52,578 nucleotides of DNA from Verrucomicrobiota bacterium (GCA_039815375.1 JBCBZJ010000021.1:1-52578), one strand, 5' to 3'; shown: positions 1-11,237, counted from the stretch's first letter. Notes: a model not told the origin generated them from the sequence alone. Translations and numbers: made by a program.

Positions 1-576
1 ATGTGTTCCAGTGATGCCAATTTAGACGAAGCGCTTGCAACAGCTTCTTGCGGATGAACCCTTCTCTTTCTATTTCCCTGTTGGTCGATCGACTCGGCAG
101 AATGTTTGCGGCAAGCAATCCATTCAACGGCATAAATTTCTCTGAAATCTCGAAGTGGCGATATTCTAGCGAAGGAAAGTTAACTCAGACACCCAACACA
201 AACCCCTCCTCAAATGTGCTGTCCCTGTTAACCGATGTCCACTCCCGCAAGTCAATGAAGAGCTTTAATTCCGAAAACGGTATGGATGCGGCTTTTGAAG
301 CCCTATCACATTCATTAGCCGTAAAGATTGGATTGGCGGAAAGAACGTAACTTCGCTTCCATTTGTGTAAGAGACGTTTTCAGCAGACGACTACATGAAA
401 TGCGGTTCATGCGGTGAAGAAATTGTTCAAGGCGTTGCACCTAAAAGCAATATTCCGTGACGTCTCTTGCGTAAGCTCTTTATACGTAAGTTTAGTTTAT
501 AATCTAATTTAAGTTAGCACCATTCTGCACAGGCCCTTGGTTGCAGGTGATCAATGAAGAGGGCGACCAGTTATAA

Positions 577-2106
577 TCAATAGAATACAGTGTAAGGTAA
601 AAGCTGTTCGTTTCCTATGCCTCCAATGATATAGTCAGTAGTATACAAGGCACTATTAATGGGTTCCATCGTGCTGCCTCCCCAAGGGCCTTGGTAGTTC
701 AAATTCAGTGTTTTTGTTCCGATTCCATCCGAATAATTCTTAAAATAATGAACTTCAACACGATGAAAACCTCGGGTTAAGTGGATGCCCGAAGTCTTTG
801 AGGCGACCGAACCATGTATATGGTCATTCAAGATAAACGGCGTTTCAGAGTAGTCGAAGTAGAGCGCGCTTCCGCCGTCCGAAGCCAGTTCGAAGTGCCA
901 TTCCCCTGCGGTTGGAAGAAATACCCATCCGACAAATTTGAGAGCAAAATCACTTTGGGCATCGATACCTGGCCCCGTTGGGACATTGGCGCTGATTTCT
1001 GTCGCATTGTTTTTTGCGACTGGTGTCATTTCATGAAAATCAACACCGTCGATCTCAGTTAGACTGACATCATAAACTTCGTAGTGAATTCCAGGCGATA
1101 CATTCGGCGGTGAAACAAACAAGTCGGACGCCGGCACAGTTTGGGTTGAAACCCCCTCAGTTGAGTAATCAAGGGACAAAATCAAGCTTCCATCATTAAT
1201 GTAGTACACGACCTCTATCTCATTCAAACCGGCATTCAGTTCTATGGTATTTGAACCATATTGATAGCCGGTGCCTGCGTTGTAGATAAGTGGGCTTGTT
1301 GATCCATTGATATAAATGAGGCATGCATCACCCGAGGAAAGATAAAAAGTCCACTCTCCCTGTTGAGGGATGTCGATCAAACCGCTGAACCACATGATGA
1401 AATCATCGGCACCGTCCGGCCTGTAGCTAAGATCGATTAAATTACTCAAACCAGTCTCGACCGGGACCATCGAATCGAAGTCGAGGGTTGTGAGGTCAAC
1501 ATCTCCATAGTCGCCTAGAAAAGACTCGTAGTAAAGACCTTGGATAACATTAACGGAGGGATCTTGGAAATAGAGCTTTGCCGGAGGCAATTCTCGGCTG
1601 TTCTTACCAGATGCTTGAGATGCTATTTCCAAATCCATTGTGCTAATATCTTCCGTATAATACTCAACGGTGATCGGATGATAACCAGCGGGCAGATAGA
1701 CCTGTCCTGATTCAGTTGTGGAACCCTGTGGCTGGTCGATTTGAAGGGTCAATGCACTTCCTGAACCGACAACGAGGCGACTCGGATTGTTTGATGTAAT
1801 TATAAAATTCATACTATTACCCCTGGAAATTCGATACCAGCCGGTATACCTCACAATATAGCCAACTGCTGATGGCCATGACCCAGAGTTGAATTCATCT
1901 AAATAGATCTGACCGCACACCCCGGTTTCAAAAGAATTCAACTCACTGTATTCAACGGTTTCAAGGTCCGTCACGGGGGCGTCACACGCGTAAAGCGCAT
2001 AATTTATCCCGTTCACTCCTCCCCAGGCGAGACTGGTCACGAGGCAGGAGAAAAAAGACAAAAGTGCTAATTTGGATTTTATTCTCATAGTTAGTTTGTT
2101 AATCAT
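577..2106 (-). CDS. Secreted protein with three tandem PA14 (GLEYA-like) carbohydrate-binding domains
   Basis: N-terminal signal peptide. Three repeats of the PA14 pattern: G(I/L)xY, then F/YxxxF/YxG, then GEWxFxLxSxD/DG, then LxxGxHxIxVxY. Confidence 0.8.
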   Translation of the reverse strand: MINKLTMRIKSKLALLSFFSCLVTSLAWGGVNGINYALYACDAPVTDLETVEYSELNSFETGVCGQIYLDEFNSGSWPSAVGYIVRYTGWYRISRGNSMNFIITSNNPSRLVVGSGSALTLQIDQPQGSTTESGQVYLPAGYHPITVEYYTEDISTMDLEIASQASGKNSRELPPAKLYFQDPSVNVIQGLYYESFLGDYGDVDLTTLDFDSMVPVETGLSNLIDLSYRPDGADDFIMWFSGLIDIPQQGEWTFYLSSGDACLIYINGSTSPLIYNAGTGYQYGSNTIELNAGLNEIEVVYYINDGSLILSLDYSTEGVSTQTVPASDLFVSPPNVSPGIHYEVYDVSLTEIDGVDFHEMTPVAKNNATEISANVPTGPGIDAQSDFALKFVGWVFLPTAGEWHFELASDGGSALYFDYSETPFILNDHIHGSVASKTSGIHLTRGFHRVEVHYFKNYSDGIGTKTLNLNYQGPWGGSTMEPINSALYTTDYIIGGIGNEQLLPYTVFY

Positions 2107-2296
2107 ATTTTTGTGAATTCAAACTCGAATAAATTCTAAATAATAGACAAGCTCTGAGACGTGATTTTTGATACAGAATTAGTCTTAGGCAAAGCGCGCC
2201 AAGTCGCCGAGGCCAATGCCCAACTATCTGCAAATCTGTGCATCTGCGAAATCTACGTATGGCAACCCGACTTTCGCCTGTAGGGGTAGGGGTATT

Positions 2297-3424
2297 TTAC
2301 ACCTCTCTGAGTCCGGTATAGACGCGGGTTACGCGTTTAGTAATAGAACAGAGCGTTTCCCATGGAATGGTTTTAGCCGCTTCACTGAATTCTGAAGCTG
2401 TGATTTCCTGGTCCCGATTCGGGCCGATCAAAGTAACCGGATCGCCGGTAGTGGCCTCTGGGCAGTCGTTCAGGTCGATGATGGTTTGATCCATAGTAAC
2501 CCGACCGAGGATTGGGCACCGTTTGCCGTGAATCAGCACATGCCCGGAGTTGCTCAGCTCCAGTGGAATGCCGTCTCCGTAGCCTGCAGTGAGGATTGCG
2601 ATTCGAGAGTCTTTATCGAGTTGATGGCTGCGTCCGTAGCTGATGTCTGTTCCGGCCGGTAGTTCCTTTATGATACCGATGCGGGTACTAAAGCTGAAAA
2701 CGGGCTCTACGCGAACCCGCCCTAAGACCGAATCAGGGTAGGGCGGAACACCGAATTGGAGTAGGCCGATGCGAACTGCATTGAAGGGGCTCTCTTCGGA
2801 GATGCTGTCGATCCCGGAAGAGTTGTCGGCGTGAATCAACAGTCCGTCCGTCTCGAAGGACTGCAGCACGCCAAGGAAACGTGTCCGTTGTAGCTTGGTA
2901 AACTCCGGGTCGGTATCAGCACAGGAAAAGTGCGTGTAGAGGCCCTCCAGTTTGAGATAGGAGTAGTTGCCAAATGATGAAAGCAAGCGCTCTGCGTCCT
3001 TGTACCATACACCAAGACGGCCCATGCCAGTATCAATCTTCAGATGGATGCGAACTGTCCGGCCGTGCGCTTCTCCAAGCCGGTTCAGGCGCACGCATTC
3101 TTCTTCCGTGCTGACGGTGGCGGTGAGATCATGTGCAATGACCTGGTGCTCCTCTTCCTTCAGAAGCGGGCTCAACAATAGGATCGGCCAGCCCGCACCC
3201 ATGTGACGGATCACGGCGGCTTCATTTACGTTGGCCACAGCAAAGCAATCGACCCCACTTTGCATGAGGCGACGAACCATTTGCGGCATGCCGTGGCCGT
3301 AAGCGTCTGCCTTCACGACGGCAACATAGCGCATGTGCTTCGGAATCGCCGCCTGAATTTGTTTCAGGTTGCGCTCGAAAGCTGCCAAATCGATCTCGGC
3401 CCAGCATCGGTGCGCACGTGTCAT
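2297..3424 (-). CDS. alr: Alanine racemase
   Basis: PLP-lysine motif [11 protein letters not shown], plus [17 protein letters not shown] and GRVTMDQ. Confidence 0.97.
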   Translation of the reverse strand: MTRAHRCWAEIDLAAFERNLKQIQAAIPKHMRYVAVVKADAYGHGMPQMVRRLMQSGVDCFAVANVNEAAVIRHMGAGWPILLLSPLLKEEEHQVIAHDLTATVSTEEECVRLNRLGEAHGRTVRIHLKIDTGMGRLGVWYKDAERLLSSFGNYSYLKLEGLYTHFSCADTDPEFTKLQRTRFLGVLQSFETDGLLIHADNSSGIDSISEESPFNAVRIGLLQFGVPPYPDSVLGRVRVEPVFSFSTRIGIIKELPAGTDISYGRSHQLDKDSRIAILTAGYGDGIPLELSNSGHVLIHGKRCPILGRVTMDQTIIDLNDCPEATTGDPVTLIGPNRDQEITASEFSEAAKTIPWETLCSITKRVTRVYTGLREV

Positions 3425-4110
3425 GTCTGCTGGTTCTCGGCGCGATGTCTTTCAGGCGTCCATTTTTGGAAATGTTTTACGCCGCTGCTATAGAGCTCTA
3501 CGCCCTCTGTTCTTCTGAGGAGTCCGTATCTTTCAAAAAGGACTGGCAGTTTTTCCGGTTCGTAGGTTAACGGTTTTGCTGCGTCCGGGGCCTGTTGCCA
3601 GCCCTTTCGCGCCGGCAGATGCATGAGTGGCCCGGGCCAGGATTCCAAGGCTGCGGTGCTGATCGGTTCAACCGGCCCAATCTTTCCGTCTTCTATGACC
3701 AGGCTGTTCCAGGCCTCTTTCATCCAGTCGGAGATGAGCAAGATCTTGTCGCTGGAACTACTATTTTCCAGAATGCAGGCCGCTGTCAGTTGCAGGCTAT
3801 TATAAGCGAAAAAGTGGCGATCCACGTTATCAATTCGGCTCCATGTTTCCATCGCCATGGCACAGAGGCGGAGGCCAAGCACAGAGCCCGGCCCTGTGCA
3901 GTAAAGAAAACTCCGGATCTGGCCGAGCTCGAGGCCGGACTCTTTCAGGACTTTTTCTACGGTGATAAAAAGTCCTTCGAGCGGCGCGGTTTCACTGGTG
4001 ATTTTTGCGCTCCATTTGCCATCGGAATTCAGCACGCCTGCAAAGAGCCGGTTCCCGCTCCCGTCGATGAGGAGACTGGGCTGCTTAGGCATGTGTAAGG
4101 CCGGATTCAT
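3421..4110 (-). CDS. tsaB: tRNA threonylcarbamoyladenosine biosynthesis protein TsaB-like (divergent)
   Basis: LLIDGS start and [11 protein letters not shown], resembling GPGSFTGLRIG. Its stop overlaps the alr start by 4 nt. Confidence 0.7.
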   Translation of the reverse strand: MNPALHMPKQPSLLIDGSGNRLFAGVLNSDGKWSAKITSETAPLEGLFITVEKVLKESGLELGQIRSFLYCTGPGSVLGLRLCAMAMETWSRIDNVDRHFFAYNSLQLTAACILENSSSSDKILLISDWMKEAWNSLVIEDGKIGPVEPISTAALESWPGPLMHLPARKGWQQAPDAAKPLTYEPEKLPVLFERYGLLRRTEGVELYSSGVKHFQKWTPERHRAENQQT

Positions 4111-4343
4111 GAATCAATCGGAACGGTTGCGCTCCCGGTTTGCAAGTGATGAGTTTTCCGGATTTTTGTACTTCGCGGAATTTTTAGATGAGCTTGGTCA
4201 ATCTTGTCTATTATAGGATTGGAAAGGAAATGAAATACATGCCTCAAGTTTAGGAAAACCTATTGTCATCAATCCAGCCTTGGCCAAACGTCAGCTTGTC
4301 GCCCAAAGAGAGAATCGGCTCCGGTCAATCAAGCCCCTAGTAA

Positions 4344-5354
4344 ATGCACCTCGCAACCGAATACCTTGGACTTAAACTTAAGCATCCGTTGATCGCCGGT
4401 GCATCCCCGTTGCCGGATGATCTGGACAAGATGCGTGCCCTTGAGGATGCAGGCATTGCAGCCATTACGATGTATTCGCTCTTTGAAGAGCAAATTACGC
4501 AGAATATGGTCGGGTCGGATATCGTAGCTTATGAAAACTCGTTTTCTGAGGCCGCCTCCCGGGTTCCTGAAGTCGACTTGCTGGAGCGTGGCGTCGATGC
4601 TTATCTCGAGCAGCTCGACCGCGTGAAATCTGCGGTCGACATCCCTGTGATCGGCTCGCTCAATGGCACTCATGAAGGTGAGTGGGTCAACTATGCAAAG
4701 CTGATCGAAGATGCGGGTGCTGATGCCCTTGAGTTGAATCTCTACTATTTGCCTACGGATTTGGACGTTGGCTCATATGAGATTGAAGACCGTTGTATTC
4801 GTATTGTCAGTGCCGTTCGGAAACGGATTGATATTCCACTTTCGGTTAAGCTCTCTTCCTCCTTTACGGCCTTGCCTCATTTTGCCAAAAGGCTGGCCGA
4901 TATTGGTGTCGATGGCCTTGTGCTCTTCAACCGCTTGTATCAGCCGGATATTGACACGGAGAAGCTCGACATTCTTCCGACACTCGACCTGTCCCACTCG
5001 ACAGAGCTTCGTCTGCGCCTACGATGGCTGGCGCTTTTGAGCGGTCGTGTCTCGACTGATCTTTCGGTAACCGGCGGCGTCCACACCGGCCTTGATCTGG
5101 CCAAATCCCTTATGGCAGGAGCTAAGAGTGCTCAGATGGTTTCCGGACTTCTTTTGAATGGCCCTCCGCAAATCGGATTGGTTCTGGATGAACTTTGCCA
5201 ATGGATGGAGAGGAAGGAATACACCAGTCTGGAGGAGCTGCGCGGATGCCTCAACTATCAGCGTTGCCCGTCTCCAGAAGCTCTGGAGCGGGTAAATTAC
5301 CAGCGGGTGCTGAAGAGCCATCGACCGATAAATCTAGAGGATAACGACAGATGA
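4344..5354 (+). CDS. Dihydroorotate dehydrogenase-like FMN protein
   Basis: YLGLKLKHPLIAGASP, SLFEEQI, GADALELN, DGLVLFNR and TGGVHTG motifs. The catalytic Cys loop is not canonical. Confidence 0.85.
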   Translation: MHLATEYLGLKLKHPLIAGASPLPDDLDKMRALEDAGIAAITMYSLFEEQITQNMVGSDIVAYENSFSEAASRVPEVDLLERGVDAYLEQLDRVKSAVDIPVIGSLNGTHEGEWVNYAKLIEDAGADALELNLYYLPTDLDVGSYEIEDRCIRIVSAVRKRIDIPLSVKLSSSFTALPHFAKRLADIGVDGLVLFNRLYQPDIDTEKLDILPTLDLSHSTELRLRLRWLALLSGRVSTDLSVTGGVHTGLDLAKSLMAGAKSAQMVSGLLLNGPPQIGLVLDELCQWMERKEYTSLEELRGCLNYQRCPSPEALERVNYQRVLKSHRPINLEDNDR

Positions 5355-5454
5355 TTTTGCCTATCTTCCGGCAGTTGAATATTAAACTTAGGTTCTTGAC
5401 TTAAAAACCAATTTTTAAGAAAAACTAATTTACAAATTTGGACCAGCCGCTTTC

Positions 5455-6087
5455 ATGGCGGCTCTTTTTATGGCTACTCCAGAGAACATACATACAGAAT
5501 TCCACCGCATGCTCGGTCGCGACGCGAAAGAAGCGCAGCTGAAGCAGCGCGGGCATGTATTCTGGTTTTATGGTCTCTCAGGTTCCGGGAAAAGTACGCT
5601 CGCCAATGCTCTGGAGCGCAAACTGTCCGAAAAAGGTTTCGTCACAAAGATTCTCGATGGCGATAATATCCGCAGCCGCCTGAATGCAGATCTTGGCTTC
5701 TCTGACGAGGATCGTCAGGAGAATATCCGACGCATCGCCGAGGTTGCGCATCTTTTCCTGGATTCCGGTATTGTCGTCATTACCTCATTCATTACCCCAA
5801 AACGAGAACTCCGCGAGAAAGCCCGCGAGATCGTAGGTGTTGACGACTGCACCCCCGTCTACATCGAAGCGTCTTTCGAAACCTGCGCCGCGCGCGATGT
5901 CAAAGGCCTTTACGCGAAAGCAGCATCGGGTGGTGTTAAAAATTTCACGGGTAAGGATTCTTCTTTCGAAGAGCCCGAAGCGACTGCTTCTGATTGGACC
6001 ATTGCGACCGATAATGAGACTGAGGAAGAGTCGATCAATAAGCTCCTCGAACGAGTGCTTCCAATTATTCAGACCTCCAACTTCTAA
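5455..6087 (+). CDS. cysC: Adenylyl-sulfate kinase
   Basis: GLSGSGKST P-loop, LDGDNIR, DRQENIRR and RDVKGLY. The start may be the ATG at 5470. Confidence 0.97.
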   Translation: MAALFMATPENIHTEFHRMLGRDAKEAQLKQRGHVFWFYGLSGSGKSTLANALERKLSEKGFVTKILDGDNIRSRLNADLGFSDEDRQENIRRIAEVAHLFLDSGIVVITSFITPKRELREKAREIVGVDDCTPVYIEASFETCAARDVKGLYAKAASGGVKNFTGKDSSFEEPEATASDWTIATDNETEEESINKLLERVLPIIQTSNF

Positions 6088-6098
6088 CTTTTTTAGAA

Positions 6099-7013
6099 AT
6101 GGCAACCGACTACACTATCACTCACCTCAAGCAGCTCGAGTCCGAAGCGATCTACATCCTTCGCGAGACGGCAGCTCAATTTGAGAAACCTGTTCTCCTC
6201 TTTTCCGGAGGTAAGGATTCGATCGTCATGGCATACCTGGCCAAGAAGGCCTTCTGGCCTGCCAAGCTTCCGTTCCCGTTGATGCACGTGGATACCGGGC
6301 ATAACTTCCCGGAGACGATGGAATATCGCGACCGATTCATCGAAGATATCGGAGCCGAGCTCGTCGTTGCCTCTGTGCAAAAGGCCATTGATGAGGGCAA
6401 GGTCGTTGAAGAAACCGGACCTTACGCCAGCCGCAATGGCCTTCAGACCGTTGCCTTACTGGAGGGCCTCGAAGAAGGCCAATATGATGCCGCTTTGGGC
6501 GGTGGTCGTCGCGATGAGGAAAAGGCCCGCGCGAAGGAACGCTTCTTTTCTCACCGTGATGCCTTCGGTCAGTGGGACCCGAAGAACCAGCGGCCCGAGC
6601 TCTGGAACATTTTCAACGGTCGTAAGCACCATGGTGAGCACTTTCGTGTTTTCCCCCTCTCGAACTGGACCGAGATGGACATCTGGCAATACATCAAGCT
6701 GGAGAACATTGACCTGCCGAACCTCTACTTCTCGCATGAGCGTGAATGCTTCGTGCGCAACGGTGTGATTATGGGCGTCTGTGATTTCATCGAAATGACT
6801 CCTGAGGAAAAAGAAACGGTCGAGACCAAGACGGTTCGTTTCCGCACCATCGGTGATGCGACCTGCACAGGTGCTGCTCTCTCTACTGCGGATAACCTCG
6901 ATGACATCATCGATGAAGTGGCTGCAGCTCGTCAGACTGAACGTGGCACACGTGCTGACGACAAGCGCTCCGAGACTGCGATGGAAGATCGTAAGAAAGA
7001 AGGTTATTTCTAG
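6099..7013 (+). CDS. cysD: Sulfate adenylyltransferase subunit 2
   Basis: FSGGKDS, HVDTG, GGRRDEEKARAKER, WDPKNQRPELW and MEDRKKEGYF. Confidence 0.98.
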   Translation: MATDYTITHLKQLESEAIYILRETAAQFEKPVLLFSGGKDSIVMAYLAKKAFWPAKLPFPLMHVDTGHNFPETMEYRDRFIEDIGAELVVASVQKAIDEGKVVEETGPYASRNGLQTVALLEGLEEGQYDAALGGGRRDEEKARAKERFFSHRDAFGQWDPKNQRPELWNIFNGRKHHGEHFRVFPLSNWTEMDIWQYIKLENIDLPNLYFSHERECFVRNGVIMGVCDFIEMTPEEKETVETKTVRFRTIGDATCTGAALSTADNLDDIIDEVAAARQTERGTRADDKRSETAMEDRKKEGYF

Positions 7014-7061
7014 GCCGACGAACCGGAGCAACACATACTATAATTTCCAATTTTTATAACA

Positions 7062-8345
7062 ATGAGCGAAGAAAATTCAGAAGCCGGTTATCTCGATATG
7101 GATCTCCTGCGGTTCACCACCGCTGGTTCCGTGGATGACGGGAAGAGCACACTCATCGGGCGACTCCTTTACGATTCCAAGGCGATTTTTGAAGATCAGC
7201 TTGAGGCAGTCGAAAAAAGCTCCAGGCAACGTGGCGATGAAAACGTCAACTTGGCGCTCCTGACCGACGGCCTTCGATCCGAGCGCGAGCAAGGGATCAC
7301 TATCGATGTTGCCTACCGCTATTTTGCGACTCCGAAGCGCAAATTCATCATCGCTGATACACCGGGCCACATTCAATACACCCGTAACATGGTGACCGGT
7401 GCATCGACTGCAAATCTTGCTATCCTGCTCGTCGACGCGCGTAAGGGTGTAATCGAGCAAACTTGCCGCCACGCTTTTATCGCGAACTTGCTCCGTATTC
7501 AACACATCGTGGTCTGCGTCAACAAGATGGATCTCGTGGACTGGAGCGAAGAGACCTACGACAGCATTGTAGAAGACTTCAAGAAATTTGCCTCCCGTCT
7601 CGATAACATCGTTGAAGTAACGTTTATACCGGCGTCTGCACTTCTCGGGGACAACATTGTCGATAAGTCCAAGAACATGGATTGGTATCAAGGTCCAACC
7701 CTCCTCTATCATTTGGAGACGGTTTACATTGGAGCTGATGAAAACCATATTGATGCCCGCTTTCCAGTGCAGTGGGTGATCCGCCCACACTCTGACAAAT
7801 GGCACGATTTTCGTGGTTTTGCCGGACGTGTTGCAGGTGGTGTCTTCAAGCCCGGTGACGAGATTAAAGTGCTTCCATCCGGTTTTGAATCGAAGATTAA
7901 ATGCATTCATACGATGGATGGAGAGTTGAAAGAGGCTTTTGCTCCGATGTCCGTTGCAATTACGCTCGACGATGAAATCGATATTTCCCGTGGCGATATG
8001 CTGGTGAAGCCGAACAGCCCGCCGGCTCCCCGTCAGGATGTCGAAGCCATGATCTGCTGGTTCTCTTCCGAAAAGAAACTCGCTGGTCGAGGTAAATACA
8101 TCCTTCGTCACACCGAGAAGGAAGTGAAGGCCATCGTGACCGAGGTGAAATACAAGGTGAACATCAACACGCTTCACAAGATTGAAGATGACCTTGTATT
8201 CGGCCTCAACGACATCGGCCGCATCTCTTTGCGCACTTCCGCGGCACTCGTGGCGGACAGCTACAAGCGCAACCGTATCTCCGGTAGTTTCGTCCTCATC
8301 GACGAGCAAACCAACGAGACGGTTGCTGCAGGTATGATTGTCTAG
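7062..8345 (+). CDS. cysN: Sulfate adenylyltransferase subunit 1 (GTPase), not fused to CysC
   Basis: GSVDDGKSTLIGRLL, EREQGITIDVAYRYF, DTPGH and NKMD. Confidence 0.98.
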   Translation: MSEENSEAGYLDMDLLRFTTAGSVDDGKSTLIGRLLYDSKAIFEDQLEAVEKSSRQRGDENVNLALLTDGLRSEREQGITIDVAYRYFATPKRKFIIADTPGHIQYTRNMVTGASTANLAILLVDARKGVIEQTCRHAFIANLLRIQHIVVCVNKMDLVDWSEETYDSIVEDFKKFASRLDNIVEVTFIPASALLGDNIVDKSKNMDWYQGPTLLYHLETVYIGADENHIDARFPVQWVIRPHSDKWHDFRGFAGRVAGGVFKPGDEIKVLPSGFESKIKCIHTMDGELKEAFAPMSVAITLDDEIDISRGDMLVKPNSPPAPRQDVEAMICWFSSEKKLAGRGKYILRHTEKEVKAIVTEVKYKVNINTLHKIEDDLVFGLNDIGRISLRTSAALVADSYKRNRISGSFVLIDEQTNETVAAGMIV

Positions 8346-8363
8346 AGAAGGATTACTTTGTTT

Positions 8364-8398
8364 AAAGCCTCACCTGCATGAACAGGTGGGGCTTTTTT
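8364..8398 (+). terminator. Rho-independent terminator of cysCDN
   Basis: AAAGCCTCACCTG-loop-CAGGTGGGGCTTT hairpin followed by a T-run. Confidence 0.85.
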
Positions 8399-8699
8399 GT
8401 GTCTTGGTCAGGCCTAAGTATCGAGTTCAACCCGAACCATGCGACTAGACTTCTCAAACTTGCTTAGAGGTGCTGTAAGTGACCTCTTATCAAGAATATA
8501 CCTAAGACGTCGCATTACAAATTCATCCGCCTGCATGGTCTTTGAGAATTCCTTGGGCGACCGACGCATAGGACGGTCTTTCAGGCCAGTAGTAGCGTAT
8601 GTTTATACACTCCCTCGGCCTTCAGCTGCCGAGCATCTCGCTCATCCCATTGCATAATCCGGGTTAAAGTTTAGCCAAATTCGTCAGCAGATAGTCTTG

Positions 8700-10928
8700 A
8701 TGGGCGAGAGCACACTATCTATTTTAAGAGTAGTTATGGGCATCAGGAAAAAGATCCAAGCCAGTTGGTGGTGGAAGCACCTGTTGTTTATCATCGGATT
8801 CCATGTGTCCTCATGGCTGAGCTGGCAGATGATTTTTTCCGATGGTAACGTCGGCTCTATCTGGATGCCCTTTGGCTTTGCAATCGCATTTATGGTTCGA
8901 TTCGGCTATCAGTACGCGTTGACCGGATTTCTTATGGAAGCGTATTACGGTTATGCCGTTTTCGAACGCGCCATGGTTCTGAACGAACTAACTTCCATCG
9001 GTAATATGGCATGCCTTTTCTTGGGCTGTTGGTTTTTCAGGAAGGTTTCAAAGAACGGGGTATCACTGACGGCACAGCGCGATGTGTTTGCTCTCGTCCT
9101 GCTTACGGCATTCGTCAGTCCACTAGTCAGTGCGTTCGTTGGAGCGGGTGGTTTGACGGTATTCGAGGCGATTCCACGAGAGCAGTTCTCCAGAACATTT
9201 CTTGTATGGTGGCAGGCTGATGTCATTGGCATCGTTGTCATTACGCCACTACTGCTATCGATATTTAGCCGAAAGTCCTGGAGAATACTGTTAAGTAATA
9301 AATTTGAGTTCGCCTGCCTTATCGTGGCGGTCTTTTCGACACTGGCTATTGTTGCGGCTGCGCAGTCGGGTTATCGGGCGTTCGATCTGGCTTTGGTCTA
9401 TCTGCTTTTTCCCGTCACCCTCTGGGCGGCAGCACGCTTTGAAATGCTGGTCAATACGTTCATTATTGCCTTAGTATCCACTGTCCTTGTCCTGCTTACG
9501 ATTAGCGGCCTGGGGCCATTTCATCAGAGCGAGGTGACCGAGAGCCTGGTCCTTCTGCAGGGTTTTACATTCGCGCTGGCGTCTACTGGTTTACTGGTAG
9601 GGGTGAATTCTCTGCAGCGGCGCGAAGCGACAAACAAACTTTTGGATGCCAATCAGGTCTTGGAAGAGCGTGTCGCACAGCGGACGGCCGAACTGGAGAA
9701 TTCGAAGCAACGTGCCGAGGCTGCCAATCAGGCAAAGAGTATGTTTCTCGCGACGATGAGTCACGAGATTCGAACTCCTTTGAACGGAGTCCTCGGGTTT
9801 ACTGATGTTTTGCGTGCGACGCCACTGACTGAAGAGCAGCGCACGCATTTGGATACTCTGCATGAGTCCGGGGAAGGTTTGCTGAGAATCATTAACGACA
9901 TTCTCGATTTTTCGAAAATAGAATCCGAGGAGCTGCAAATACACCCGCATTGCTTTGATTTGAGGAAACTGATTTCGGAGACGGTAAACCTCTATTCACC
10001 CAATGCGGCTTTGAAAGGTATAGCGCTTCATTGTGAAGTCGCGCCAGAGCTACCAAAGTTTGTCGAGAGTGACTCAAATCGAATCAGGCAGATCCTCAAT
10101 AATCTGGTTAGTAACGCTATCAAGTTTACAGAGAATGGACAGGTCAGGATTGAATTAACCGGTCAAGCGCTGACGGATATCAATGCGAGTGCCCTTTGGC
10201 ACCTTACTCTACTCGTATCCGATACCGGGCTGGGCATGGAGCAGGAAGATGCAGAACGTTTGTTTGAACCGTTCACGCAGATAGATTCCTCTATGAGTCG
10301 TCAGTATGGTGGGACGGGCCTTGGGCTGGCGATTTGTCGACGGATTTGCAAGAGGATGGGTGGAGATATTTCTTTGAGCAGTCAGCTGGGCCGAGGCTCT
10401 ACTTTCAAAATCGAACTCGATGTCAAAGAGGTTAAGGATGATTCCGTTAGCCTAAGTGATGCCAAGAAGATATTAAGCTCAGCCCAGAGAGATGAATTTG
10501 ACGGGATAGGCCCTGATGCCATCGAGAAATCAGAGCCTGTGCTTTTGGTGGAGGACAACCGTGTCAACCGGCGTGTCGGCAGCTTGCTTTTGAATCAGTT
10601 AGGATATGGTATCGCCGTAGTTGAAAACGGCTTTGAAGCGGTCCGCGCTTACCGTGAGCATCAATATAGTATCATCTTAATGGACATTCAAATGCCGGTT
10701 ATGGATGGCCTTGAGGCAACGAAACGTATCAGAGATTTTGAAAGGACTGATCCTGAAAGTAAGAGGTCGGCTTACATTGTCGCGCTATCGGCAAATGTGC
10801 AGCCGGAAGACCGTTCAAAGGCAGAAGCTGCTGGAGTTGACGATTATCTTACTAAACCACTCCGAGTTGGAGATCTGGAGTATGCCTTGAGGAAGGCGCA
10901 TCATCCTGAGAATTCTTCAAGAGGCTAG
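8700..10928 (+). CDS. Hybrid sensor histidine kinase (MASE1-like membrane domain, HisKA, HATPase, receiver)
   Basis: Multi-TM N-terminus with WWQADVIG, then FLATMSHEIRTPLNG, NLVSNAIKFT, DTGLG, GGTGLGL and receiver VEDN...MDIQMP...KP. The start could be 8736. Confidence 0.95.
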   Translation: MGESTLSILRVVMGIRKKIQASWWWKHLLFIIGFHVSSWLSWQMIFSDGNVGSIWMPFGFAIAFMVRFGYQYALTGFLMEAYYGYAVFERAMVLNELTSIGNMACLFLGCWFFRKVSKNGVSLTAQRDVFALVLLTAFVSPLVSAFVGAGGLTVFEAIPREQFSRTFLVWWQADVIGIVVITPLLLSIFSRKSWRILLSNKFEFACLIVAVFSTLAIVAAAQSGYRAFDLALVYLLFPVTLWAAARFEMLVNTFIIALVSTVLVLLTISGLGPFHQSEVTESLVLLQGFTFALASTGLLVGVNSLQRREATNKLLDANQVLEERVAQRTAELENSKQRAEAANQAKSMFLATMSHEIRTPLNGVLGFTDVLRATPLTEEQRTHLDTLHESGEGLLRIINDILDFSKIESEELQIHPHCFDLRKLISETVNLYSPNAALKGIALHCEVAPELPKFVESDSNRIRQILNNLVSNAIKFTENGQVRIELTGQALTDINASALWHLTLLVSDTGLGMEQEDAERLFEPFTQIDSSMSRQYGGTGLGLAICRRICKRMGGDISLSSQLGRGSTFKIELDVKEVKDDSVSLSDAKKILSSAQRDEFDGIGPDAIEKSEPVLLVEDNRVNRRVGSLLLNQLGYGIAVVENGFEAVRAYREHQYSIILMDIQMPVMDGLEATKRIRDFERTDPESKRSAYIVALSANVQPEDRSKAEAAGVDDYLTKPLRVGDLEYALRKAHHPENSSRG

Positions 10929-11237
10929 TTGTGATTGAGGTCGGCAAGACAGCTGCGAAGAAATAGGGAGAGAAAACGCGGGTCTCATATCTTCGAACCC
11001 AGCGTCCGTGCCAGAAGTTTATCACCCTAAATGCGAGCGTTTGGGTGAGCATAAGTCGATCACATAAGAAAGCCCTTTTCTGGTGGATGATACGAAGAAA
11101 TGTTTCTGTAGTAGACCGCTCAGGATTGTCTATGCTAAGGTTCGATTCTTGTTGTGTTAGCTATACTCGAAGCTACCATTCGTAGAAGGTTTGTTCTCTA
11201 AAGTAGCGGTTTAAAAGCCAACTAAAGCATACTATAA

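Noticed and set aside
1..350. ORF 48..350 (+) and a short minus-strand frame running off the left edge
   Set aside because: No recognisable motifs and a weak start; I cannot tell which frame, if any, is coding.
4246..4258. AAGTTTAGGAAAA, resembling the prophage end repeat
   Set aside because: Single imperfect copy in an AT-rich host intergenic region, without a matching terminal arrangement; probably chance.
7077..8309. Long antisense ORFs (7077..8309, 11597..12697, 13217..13933, 33228..34085, 44715..45512)
   Set aside because: They shadow well-supported genes on the opposite strand, are explained by codon bias and contain no motifs.
8439..8657. 72-aa ORF between cysN and the histidine kinase
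   Set aside because: No homology cues; probably intergenic.
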